Below are positions 1 through 10,400 of a DNA stretch of 64,000 nucleotides, in pieces. Where the stretch lies: contig OZ240211.1 in assembly GCA_965197525.1 (NCBI GenBank), positions 32,001 to 96,000 of the forward strand. The letters run 5' to 3'. The notes below the pieces were generated by a model. It saw only the letters and a program-made list of their open reading frames with translations, was not told the origin of the DNA and did not search any database. Source of the stretch: Nitrosopumilus sp. GTDB lineage: Archaea; Thermoproteota; Nitrososphaeria; Nitrososphaerales; Nitrosopumilaceae. Every line of letters starts with the position of its first letter. Positions within the stretch are counted from its first letter, which is position 1. Both the position numbers and the translations under genes were made by a program.

Positions 1-2
1 GC

Positions 3-347
3 AACGTTAAACGCAAGGATATTGCACGGTGTTATCGTTTATTACTACGAGAGTTAGATCTCAAAATGCCTCTGGTTGATCCTACTAAATGTATTTCAAG
101 AATCGCAAGTAACGCAGATTTATCCGAAAAGACAAAGCGAAAAGCAACACAAATTTTACAGATCGCAGATGAAAAAAAAATTCTAGCAGGAAAAGATCCA
201 ATGGGATTAGCAGCTGCCGCACTTTATGTTGCATGTGTGATGTATGGTGAGAGCAAAACACAAAGAGATGTAGCTGAAGCTGCAGGCGTAACTGAGGTCA
301 CCATTAGAAACCGATACAAAAACCTCAAGGTTGTTTTAAACCTTTAA
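3..347 (+). CDS. tfb: Transcription initiation factor IIB (TFB), C-terminal part; 5' end lies outside the window
   Basis: Frame is open from position 3 (NVKRKDIARCYRLLLRELDLKM...). Second cyclin repeat has GKDPMGLAAAALY and TQRDVAEAAGVTEVTIRNRYK, the TFB helix-turn-helix signature. Confidence 0.95.
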   Translation, partial: NVKRKDIARCYRLLLRELDLKMPLVDPTKCISRIASNADLSEKTKRKATQILQIADEKKILAGKDPMGLAAAALYVACVMYGESKTQRDVAEAAGVTEVTIRNRYKNLKVVLNL

Positions 348-1344
348 TGCTTTTTCCGTACAAGAATTTGTTTATAATCAATACACTTATTGAAAATATT
401 CCTGACGCTAGTAATATTATCTCTATTGTTGCCATAAACGAATGTGAAAATACCTCATCTATAGAAATCGCATTTATCTCTGCAATAAAGTAACCATACG
501 AGAATACAAAATAGTTTGTGGCCCAATGAATTAACAATGCGGCTACAAACCCGTATCTTAGGTATGCCCAACCTAATATTATTCCTCCTGCCGTTGCTTG
601 CGCAAATTTGCCCTCACTCCACGACCCTTCAAATATGATGTGAGACATCCCAAACGCAACTCCTACCACAACAATTAGTATAATTGCTTTTTTTGAATTA
701 TCTATATTCAAAATGTGAGGGTTCCACAGACATCTGATGAAATATTTTATCGATGCTTTTTTTGAATATATCAAAAATAATGGAATTCCAATTAGTAAAA
801 GACGAAACCCAAATTCCTCTATTAGTGGTGCTAGACTAATATAAAAAAACTGAATCAGGTGATTCTCGGCATCTGCTAGTGGTAGTGGTGGTATGATCTC
901 TATGCCTAGTAATGAAGTCTGAACTAGGTCAATTATAGCTGAGATCAGTACTAGTATTGAGAGCCATTTTGTCACGCCTACCATATAGTTTAACTGAACG
1001 TGTGACTGTTGTTGCTCTCCTCGGGATATTATTCCAGAGAGTGTCTTTAGAAATCTCTGCCTCGGACCTAGTACTGCAATAACAAAAACTACAAGATAAA
1101 ACATCCATAAAACGACAAACGCGTCGCCAACACTGACGTTAATTGGTATCTGTTGTAGTATGGTGTCATTAAACAGGTGCAAGTCAGTAAATGGATATTC
1201 GTAATTGATATCTCCTCCTATCTCACTCTCAAAGACAACATAGATTCCTACCGGAAACGAGACTAGCAACAACCCAAAAACTACCGATAGTAGTGCAGTA
1301 AACGGAATCCCGATTAATTGGATTGAATTGTTTAAACTTTGCAA
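325..1344 (-). CDS. CPBP/CAAX-family intramembrane metalloprotease
   Basis: Multi-pass hydrophobic ORF with EEFGFR, FGMSH and HWATN motifs typical of CPBP (Abi) proteases. Confidence 0.85.
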   Translation of the reverse strand: MQSLNNSIQLIGIPFTALLSVVFGLLLVSFPVGIYVVFESEIGGDINYEYPFTDLHLFNDTILQQIPINVSVGDAFVVLWMFYLVVFVIAVLGPRQRFLKTLSGIISRGEQQQSHVQLNYMVGVTKWLSILVLISAIIDLVQTSLLGIEIIPPLPLADAENHLIQFFYISLAPLIEEFGFRLLLIGIPLFLIYSKKASIKYFIRCLWNPHILNIDNSKKAIILIVVVGVAFGMSHIIFEGSWSEGKFAQATAGGIILGWAYLRYGFVAALLIHWATNYFVFSYGYFIAEINAISIDEVFSHSFMATIEIILLASGIFSISVLIINKFLYGKSIKGLKQP

Positions 1345-1350
1345 TTTGTT

Positions 1351-1659
1351 TTAGTGTAGTTCGATTGTCTCCTCTGCAAATCCTAAATTAATCAAAGTCT
1401 CTTTAATTGAGTCTCTATGATCTCCCTGTAAGAAGATATAACCTTCCTTTGCAGTTCCACCACAGGCATACTTATTTTTGAGCTCTTTTGCCACAGTTTC
1501 TAGATTGTTTAATTTTGGATCCAATCCTTCTATCATGGTCCCTTTTTTTTTGAATCGTCTCGTCTCCAATCGAATAATAATTTTAGTACTATCTTTGGCT
1601 AATTCACCACAAGCACACAGATCTTCTGGTAAGCCACAAGTATTACAAATTACTGCCAT
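1351..1659 (-). CDS. sui1: Translation initiation factor SUI1/aIF1 (YciH family)
   Basis: MAVICNTCGLPEDLCAC zinc-ribbon N-terminus and LKNKYACGGTAKEGYIFLQGDHR SUI1 motif. Start reassigned to the ATG at 1659. Confidence 0.93.
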   Translation of the reverse strand: MAVICNTCGLPEDLCACGELAKDSTKIIIRLETRRFKKKGTMIEGLDPKLNNLETVAKELKNKYACGGTAKEGYIFLQGDHRDSIKETLINLGFAEETIELH

Positions 1660-1705
1660 CGGTTCTAAATAAATACAACTAATCATACTATTAAGTCTTC
1701 TTTGC

Positions 1706-1713
1706 CTACTGAA
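1706..1713 (+). repeat. Left 8-bp target-site duplication CTACTGAA of the outer TIR element
   Basis: An identical CTACTGAA lies at 20174-20181, directly outside the matching inverted repeat. Confidence 0.85.
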
Positions 1714-1747
1714 GGGAATTACATACTTGGATTACATTATACGTCAC

Positions 1748-1757
1748 TTATATATAA
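1748..1757 (+). promoter_or_regulatory. Candidate TATA box (TTATATATAA), probably the displaced tnpB promoter
   Basis: After removing the ISH3 composite in silico, the box ends 19 nt upstream of the tnpB ATG, a spacing consistent with a leaderless archaeal transcript. Confidence 0.5.
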
Positions 1758-1772
1758 TACACAGACTATTAA

Positions 1773-3092
1773 CAGTTAACCCAAATGTCTCAAATTTGCC
1801 TGTTTTAAACACTATAAATCGTAAAAGCTATAAGACACTTCAAATGATATTGCATAGTGAACACAAACCACCTGAAGCGCAATATTAAAAATAACATACG
1901 CCTATTTCAAGATACCATTTCTGAGATCCAAACACAAGTGGAACCCTGTGTTCACATATCCAAGGCTGCCAACGCCACATATGATATCACGCATTTTATT
2001 ACCTGTATGATGAATGGTACTCTGAATGATGCATCTGTAAGTGGAAAGGCAGGCGATACACGTTTTGTAGGTGATGACCACTGCAGGCCAAAGGGAACAA
2101 GGCATTATCCCACGGGCGAATGGAACAGACTGATACTTGCCAAGATGAGTAAAAATGAGATTGAGAAATGCCTTGAAGATACGGTTAGAACTCAGATTGC
2201 AGTATTGGACAAAAACAGGTGGATTCCTGACAAAGGCATAGATATAGCGATAGATATGCACAAGATACTCAGGCACGACAAGAAATCAACTGGCGATCTA
2301 ATACATACAAAAGACAAGGGGCACGCAGGATACTATGAGAGATACATAACTGCACAATCAGTCACTTCAGGAATCAGACTGAATCTATGTGCGTATCACA
2401 TGCCTGCACTTGAATCCATAGACAATTTCGTGCGTAAAATCCTCGTTTCATGCCAAAATATTGGAGTCAAGATCAGATATGTCTTACTTGATCGCGAATT
2501 CTTCAACGCCAAAATTCTAGACATGATTGACAAGATGGGATTGTATTACATCACACCATGCAAGAATACGGATACTGTGGTACGATGTATAAGAAAATTC
2601 GATAAAGAGAACGGTCCTGCAGAATCCAAAGTTGAGATCGCAGGATATGATGGTACAGTAGCTGTATACCATATGATCATAGTGACAAGAAAGAAGAGAA
2701 AAAAGATCAAGAATCGCGAGCTCCGGCCGGAGGAGAGATACATCGGATTTTGCTACTAATCAACCCAGTGTAGACGTTGAGATCTATGCCAGCAGATGGG
2801 GCATAGAGACCGGCTACAGAATGTTAGAAAATATTAGAGCCAAAACCAAAAGCAAGAATTCTGCTGCCAGAATGTTCTGTTTTGTGTATTCTCTGTTGTT
2901 TTATAATGCGTGGGTGATGATCAACACGCTCTTATGGCGATCATGCATGGTTGGCTACGCCTAAAAAAACCGATAATCGCGCAGGGGATGATCAAAATAG
3001 CATTGGATAGAACGGTAACGAGATGATAATTCCGCCAGAGCCTCCACCTGACGCGATCTGGCCTTAGAATATGGAGACATTTGGGTTAACTG
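1773..3092 (+). mobile_element. ISH3-family insertion sequence, copy A (1320 bp)
   Basis: Perfect 19-bp TIR CAGTTAACCCAAATGTCTC at 1773-1791 and 3074-3092, enclosing a DDE transposase gene. Confidence 0.92.
1857..2964 (+). pseudogene. ISH3/IS4-like DDE transposase with a +1 frameshift near 2750
   Basis: IAIDMH and VLLDREFF motifs are present. An extra T in GGATTTTGCT ends the frame at 2759, and the shifted frame continues ATNQPSVDVEIYASRWGIETGYRM to a stop at 2964, homologous to copy B. Confidence 0.88.
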
Positions 3093-3194
3093 ATCTATAA
3101 ACTTTATCTTAAATTCTACCATTTCTCGTCTGACATTCGCAAGCGCGCTTTTCAATTCTGCATTTTCTCTTCTCAGATCTGAGTTTTTGGCCAT
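3093..3194 (-). pseudogene. 5' remnant of a small coiled-coil gene truncated by the ISH3-A end
   Basis: ORF 3194-2961 reads MAKNSDLRRENAELKSALANVRREMVEFKIKFID and then runs straight into the IS terminal repeat sequence (QLTQMSP). Confidence 0.45.
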
Positions 3195-3344
3195 TTCTGA
3201 CTGTCGCCTTGATCGTTGACTTTATCATATTTGCCTTCCAAAAAACTACTATTTAGTAAGATTAGTTACAAAAATTTGGTAATACACAAAATAACCTACA
3301 TCAAATTTGACATAGAGATGCAACAAACTAATTTTCATGATTTA

Positions 3345-4357
3345 AACGCCTAAATGACGTGAACGCTTACCATTTTTGCGTCATTCCATCACGACAGCAC
3401 GTTGTAGCAGACGCGCCTGAGCAGCGGCCTTTGGACCCGCAGCGTCTTTGCGCAAATCATTGCAGTGAACATGACTTGAACGACGAGAACACGGACTATT
3501 ATACTGCACTGGTGGCACGTCTTCAAACTCTTCGGGGTTATTCTCCTGCCATCTGATCATCTCTGCCCTAGGACTGAATCCCCTTGCGACGTGGTTCTTG
3601 CAGGTGCAGATGACGGGTCTTCTGTCCGAGTCACGGATCATCTCGTAGTTCTTGTGTGCGTCATATCCTGCATCAAGCATCGCGCATCCGGTGCCGTCTG
3701 GAACATTCTCGAATCTCTCTCAGAATATGGGAGAGTCGTGCGCGTATCCTTTGGTGACTGCACAGGAGACGATCTTTCTTCCCTTGGAATCGACGATCAC
3801 GTATAATTTGACGAATTCGCGCCTGAAGACAAGTCCTCCTCTTGGCGTCTTCTTCCCAGTCTGCGTATTGGTTTATGGCAACCCCCGTGGAGTCGCCCAG
3901 AGGGAACCGCGCGCGTGGGATTCTGCCTGCCATTCCATTACTTTGTGCAGCCACCCATAATCTGCGATTACGGTGGCTGCGTGGCGCAGGCAGGATTTTG
4001 ATGGAGCGGTTTTTAATCCATACATGTGCAGTGTTCCCTGATGTGTCTGCAGGTATGAGACATGTTGACGGTATGAATGGCAGTAGAACTCCAGGTCTGT
4101 AAGGCATACCATGTATGGGATCATACGCACCTTGCCAGGGGGGTGTGGCAGATGGGTAGATTTCATACAGCAGGGCAGTGAGGGCCTTGATTTGCAATCT
4201 AGTTACGTGGCCCTCTCCCTCTCCCCCACCACTCCTCCATGTCTCGTATTCCTTGTAGTATCCGGCGGGGCGTTCCCATTTCTCGTCGTTGGGACTTGCT
4301 TTTGCATCGTTTCTTGCTCTTGCTGTGTTTCGTGTTTGTATCACGTTTTTTGTTCAT
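3345..4357 (-). pseudogene. Degenerate IS5/IS4-type (DDE_Tnp_1) transposase with several frameshifts
   Basis: Fragments across frames: FVKLYVIVDSKGRKIVSCAVTKGYAHDSP and MLDAGYDAHKNYEMIRDSDRRPVI (DAGYD catalytic motif). Confidence 0.75.
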
Positions 4358-4489
4358 CAAGCGGCGTGCGATCTGATCTTTGAGCTTTTCGCTGATTTTG
4401 AATCAAAAATTTGGACAACGCCGCTTGTAAATGTAAAAAAAGAATCATCAATGAGATTTTTTAAAATAGTATCTGAAAAACTAGATGCT

Positions 4490-7400
4490 TTAGGTGTTGT
4501 TCCCCATCACGTACTCTAATGCAACTCTAAACTCGTCTAGGGTTATCAGTCCTTTTACCACTAGTGGTGCAAGATCAGTCATGACCCAGGCAGGTATGTC
4601 TGCTCCCATGTGAGTCAGGCCCATAACAGCTAGCAGTTGATTGTCATCTGCTATCTCAGATTCAAATCCAGACCACATGCGCAGTACAAGCAATGCACGG
4701 TCATAGTCTGAGTCATCATCAAAAGTTTCAATCACAGGTTCTGGATTATCAGGTACTGCAGCAGGTGACCGGGGTTCTGGGTTCGCCTCTGCTACTTGGG
4801 GCTCTGGGTCTGCCTCCGTTGTTGCCTGGGGCTCTGGATCTACTTTTGAGGGTATGATGTTTAGCGCATCAACTATTATGACTATTGAAGACTGACGGTC
4901 TGCGTTCCAAGTTCTGATTACCATGTTGGTATTCCCTATCGCATCTGCAAACGTGATATCAAGTGCGACTGTCTTTTTATTGCGATCATCAGGGTCAGTT
5001 GATATAGTGATGGAGGCATCTGAGAACAGGTTATGAGGATCAACTATGTTGGTCTTGCCTCTGTTGTATTCCACGTATGTATCACTGTTCGTGTATGATA
5101 TGTCATCATCTTGCAGGTTCAGGTATACTGCAAAGTAGAGTATGTCAAGTCTGTCGTGTGCCGTAAAACTCATGGATATGGGTTGTTGGTCTACTGCAAC
5201 CTCCAGCGGCGTGGGATGATGGTTTACCCTGTTTTGAACATTGTAACTCTGGCCGTTTATCTCAAGTGTATCCACAGATGGTGGTGGTGCGGTACCTGAC
5301 TTTTTGGACTTGAGCAGTATGGTAGCATCAACAAATGATTCCAAAGGTTTGCCTGACTCGTCTACAACATTGCCTGTACCGCTGTCGTATGAGAGCGTGT
5401 CCCCACGAGACAGTGAACCGTCAAGTAGTAACGTAAGGGTGTTTGTGCCATTTCCGGTGATGGATTCCACTGTGACTGTACTACCAGAAGAAGAGGATAC
5501 TGTAAATCCGTTGAGGCCTGTTCCATTGATTTTGACTGGCTCAGAGAATGTCAGCGTTATAGAAGAGCCAGAGCCCCGTACAGATACAAGACGTGGAGCT
5601 ATGTCATTTACTGTAACTGATACCAGTTCAGATGCTGTGCCACCGTTACCATCCGAGACGGTCACATTAATGGAGTGTACACCGTCCTGGGACTGGTCAG
5701 GCCTCCAAGAGAACGAGCCTTCCCGGGTGATTGATGCACCACGTGGTATGTCCCCGTCAAGTGAGAATCTCAAAGAGTTAGGAGAGCCTTGATATATGTC
5801 GACGTCCCGGGCTGTTGCAGTAAACCTAAGCGTGTCTGTCTCATCTATGGTCTGTGCACCTATGGGATCAAGTCGTGGATTCTGATTTACCTCAGTTACA
5901 GTTATTGTGACGTTTTGCGAGTCTGTGCCTCCGTTACCATCAGAGACCTGTACGGTTATGGTGTGACGGCCATCCTGTGCCTCAGTTGGCGTCCATGAGA
6001 ACACTCCGGTGTTGGTATCCATCGCGGCACCGTCAGGTATCGGCTCGATAAGGGAGTATGTCCGGGCATCGTTATCATCAGGATCAGTTGCTTCAGCAGT
6101 GAATGTGAGGAGTGTAAGCTCATCTCCAGTCTGCGGTGAGATATTATTCAGTACGGGTAACTGGTTGACTGTGTAGGTCTCATTAGAGCCGATCACTGTC
6201 AGGTCAATCAGACTGTTGGTTGCAGTATCCTGTATGTCGTGGTTTTGTGCGATATCCAAGCCGATGGTTCCACTAGCGGTTACTGTGACTGTTACTCGGT
6301 ATGATGCACCGGAACCTGATACGCCAGATATTGTACCTGTACCGGAGCCCGTTACTGTAAAATCGGCATCATCCACATTGGTTACTGGTTCATCAAACGT
6401 GACAGCAAACACCAAGGTGGTATCAGTTGTGGATTGAGCTAGAGGGGTACCACGCAGTATGGAGGCAACGCGGGGCGGAGTGGTGTCTGTTACCGTGACT
6501 GTGTAGGTCTGATCAGAGCCGGTAGGTGCCAAGTTGGCCAAACGGTTGGTTGCGGTATCCTGTATGTCGTGGTTTTGTGCGATATCCAAGCCGATGGTTC
6601 CAACATTATCTACTGTGACTGTTACCCGGTATGATGCACCGGAACCTGATACGCCAGATATTGTGCCGGTGCCGGTGCCTGTTACTGTAAAATCGGCATC
6701 ATCCACATTGGTTACTGGTTCATCAAACGTGACAGCAAACACCAAGGTGGTATCAGTTGTGGATTGAGCTAGAGGGGTACCACGCAGTATGGAGGCAACG
6801 CGGGGCGGAGTGGTGTCTGTTACCGTAGTGCCTGTTACCGTAGTCTCTGTTACCGTGTAGGTCTGATCAGAGCCGGTAGGTGTCAGGTTGGCCAAACGGT
6901 TGGTTGCGGTATCCTGTATGTCGTGGTTTTGTGCGATATCCAAGCCGATGGTTCCAACATTATCTACTGTGACTGTTACTCGGTATGATGTACCGGAACC
7001 TGATACGCCAGATATTGTGCCGGTGCCGGTGCCTGTTACTGTAAAATCGGCATCATCCACATTGGTTACTGGTTCATCAAACGTGACAGCAAACACCAAG
7101 GTGGTATCAGTTGTGGATTGAGCTAGAGGGGTACCACGCAGTATGGAGGCAACGCGGGGCGGAGTGGTGTCTGTTACCGTGGGGGCGGTGGGATCAATAT
7201 CTTTGTTTTGCTCTACTTCCTTGTCAAGATATATGACATTGATGGCGCCGCGGTCTCGCCCGCTGTTATCATCTCGATAAGCACCAACTGCAAGGTCTGT
7301 CACCCCGTCGCCGTCAAGGTCGCCTATGGAAGCAACGGAGACGCCGAAATAGTCACTGTTTGATAGCGTGGGACCGTTTGTAGTGGAGTCGTTTATCTCT

Positions 7401-10400
7401 ACTGTGCTGTCTACCGTACCGTCAGTATTCATAAACATTATGTGTACTGCGCCGCGGTCTTGTCCGCTGTTATCATCTTGATAAGCACCAACTGCAAGGT
7501 CTGTCACCCCGTCGCCGTCAAAGTCGCCTATGGAAGCAACGGAGACGCCGAAATTGTCACTGTTTGATAGCGTGGGACCGTTTGTAGTGGAGTCGTTTAT
7601 CTCTACTGTGCTGTCTACCGTACCGTCAGTATTCATAAACATTATGTGTACTGCGCCGCGGTCTGATCCGCCGTTGTCATCTCCATAAGCACCAACTGCA
7701 AGGTCTGTCACCCCGTCGCCGTCAAGGTCGCCTATGGAAGCAACGGAGATGCCGAAATTATCATAGTTTAATAGCGTGGGACCGTTTGCAGTGGAGCTGT
7801 TTATCTCTACTGTGCTGTCTACCGTACCGTCAGTATTCATAAACATTATGTGTACTGCGCCGCGGTCTGATCCGCCGTTGTCATCTTGATAAGCACCAAC
7901 TGCAAGGTCTGTCACCCCGTCGCCGTCAAGGTCGCCTATGGAAGCAACGGAGATGCCGAAATTGTCACTGTTTGATAGCGTGGGACCGTTTGCAGTGGAG
8001 CTGTTTATCTCTACTGTGCTGTCTACCGTACCGTCAGTATTCATAAACATTATGTGTACTGCACCGCGCTCTGATCCGCCGCCGTTATCATCTTGATAAG
8101 CACCAACTGCAAGGTCTGTCACCCCGTCGCCGTCAAGGTCGCCTATGGCAGCAACGGAGATGCCGAAACGGTCACTGCTTGATAGCGTGGGACCGTTTGT
8201 AGTGGAGTCGTTTATCTCTACTGTGCTGTCTACCGTACCGTTTGTATTCATAAACATTATGTGTACTGCGCCGCTGTCTAGTTTGCTGTGGTCATCTCGA
8301 GCAGCACCAACTGCAAGGTCTGTCACCCCGTCGCCGTCAAGGTCGCCTATGGAAGTAACGGAGACGCCGAAACGGTCACTGTTTGATAGCGTGGGACCGT
8401 TTGTAGTGGAGTCGTTTATCTCTACTGTCCTGTCAACAATAAAGGCAACGCGGGGCGGAGTGGTGTCTGTTACCGTGGGAACTGACACATCGGTTACCGT
8501 GACGTCATAGGTGTCAAAAGCCGTGGCCCCGTCGTCGTCAGTAACAGTGAGGGTAAATGTAACTTGGGTGTCAGATGATACCTGTGACGCAGTGTACTGC
8601 AGGGTTGCTGCGTTACCGGACGTTATCGTAATAACAGATGTGTCATCCACGCTCCACGCGTATGTGGATATTGTACCATCAGAGTCAGAGGCAATACCCG
8701 TGAGCGTGCCGGATGCGCCCTCGTTGATTGTAGTGTCGCCGGTTATGCTGCTGATAGTTGGGGACTGGTTGGGGACTGGCACATTGTTTACCGTGACATC
8801 GTAGGTGGCAGATGCCGTGGCCCCGTCGTCGTCGGTAACAGTGAGGGTAAATGTAACTTGGGTGTCAGATGATACCTGTGATGCAGTGTATCGCAGGATA
8901 GCCGCATCGCCAGTCGTGATCGTGATAGTAGACGTATCATCCACGCTCCACAGGTACGAGGATATGTTGCCGTCAGAATCGGAGGCAATACCCGTGAGCG
9001 TGCCGGATGCGCCCTCGTTGATTGTAGTGTCGCCGGTTATGCTGCTGATAGTTGGGGACTGGTTGGGGACTGGCACATTGTTTACCGTGACATCGTAGGT
9101 GGCAGATGCCGTGGCCCCGTCGTCGTCGGTAACAGTGAGGGTAAATGTAACTTGGGTGTCAGATGATACCTGTGATGCAGTGTACTGCAGGGTTGCTGCG
9201 TTACCGGACGTTATCGTAATAACAGATGTGTCATCCACGCTCCACGCGTATGTGGATATTGTACCATCAGAGTCAGAGGCAGTGCCCGTGAGCGTGCCGG
9301 ATGCGCCCTCGTTGATTGTAGTGTCGCCGGTTATGCTGCTGATAGTTGGGGACTGGTTGGGGACTGGCACATTGTTTACCGTGACATCGTAGGTGGCAGA
9401 TGCCGTGGCCCCGTCGTCGTCGGTAACAGTGAGGGTAAATGTAACTTGGGTGTCAGATGATACCTGTGATGCAGTGTATCGCAGGATAGCCGCATCGCCA
9501 GTCGTGATCGTGATAGTAGACGTATCATCCACGCTCCACAGGTACGAGGATATGTTGCCGTCAGAATCGGAGGCAATACCCGTGAGCGTGCCGGATGCGC
9601 CCTCGTTGATTGTAGTGTCGCCGGTTATGCTGCTGATAGTTGGGGACTGGTTGGGGACTGGCACATTGTTTACCGTGACATCGTAGGTGGCAGATGCCGT
9701 GGCCCCGTCGTCGTCGGTAACAGTGAGGGTAAATGTAACTTGGGTGTCAGATGATACCTGTGATGCAGTGTACTGCAGGGTTGCTGCGTTACCGGACGTT
9801 ATCGTAATAACAGATGTGTCATCCACGCTCCACGCGTATGTGGATATTGTACCATCAGAGTCAGAGGCAGTGCCCGTGAGCGTGCCGGATGCGCCCTCGT
9901 TGATTGTAGTGTCGCCGGTTATGCTGCTGATAGTTGGGGACTGGTTGGGGACTGGCACATTGTTTACCGTGACATCGTAGGTGGCAGATGCCGTGGCCCC
10001 GTCGTCGTCGGTAACAGTGAGGGTAAATGTAACTTGGGTGTCAGATGATACCTGTGATGCAGTGTACTGCAGGGTTGCTGCGTTACCGGACGTTATCGTA
10101 TGTGGATATAACAGATAGTGTCATCCACGCTCCACGCGTATGTGGATATTGTACCATCAGAGTCAGAGGCAGTCAGTGAGGGTAAATGTAACTTGGGTGT
10201 CAGATGATACCTGTGATGCAGTGTACTGCAGGGTTGCTGCGTTACCGGACGTTATCGTAATAACAGATGTGTCATCCACGCTCCACGCGTATGTGGATAT
10301 TGTACCATCAGAGTGAGGCAGTGCCCGTGAGCGTGCCTGATGTGCCCTCGTTGATTGTAGTGTCGCCGGTTATGCTGCTGATAGTTGGGGACTGGTTGGG

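Noticed and set aside
4358-4427. 10-bp inverted repeat CAAGCGGCGT / ACGCCGCTTG as a terminator or IS end
   Set aside because: The 50-nt spacer is too long for a terminator hairpin, and no matching partner was found at the other end of the IS5-like remnant.
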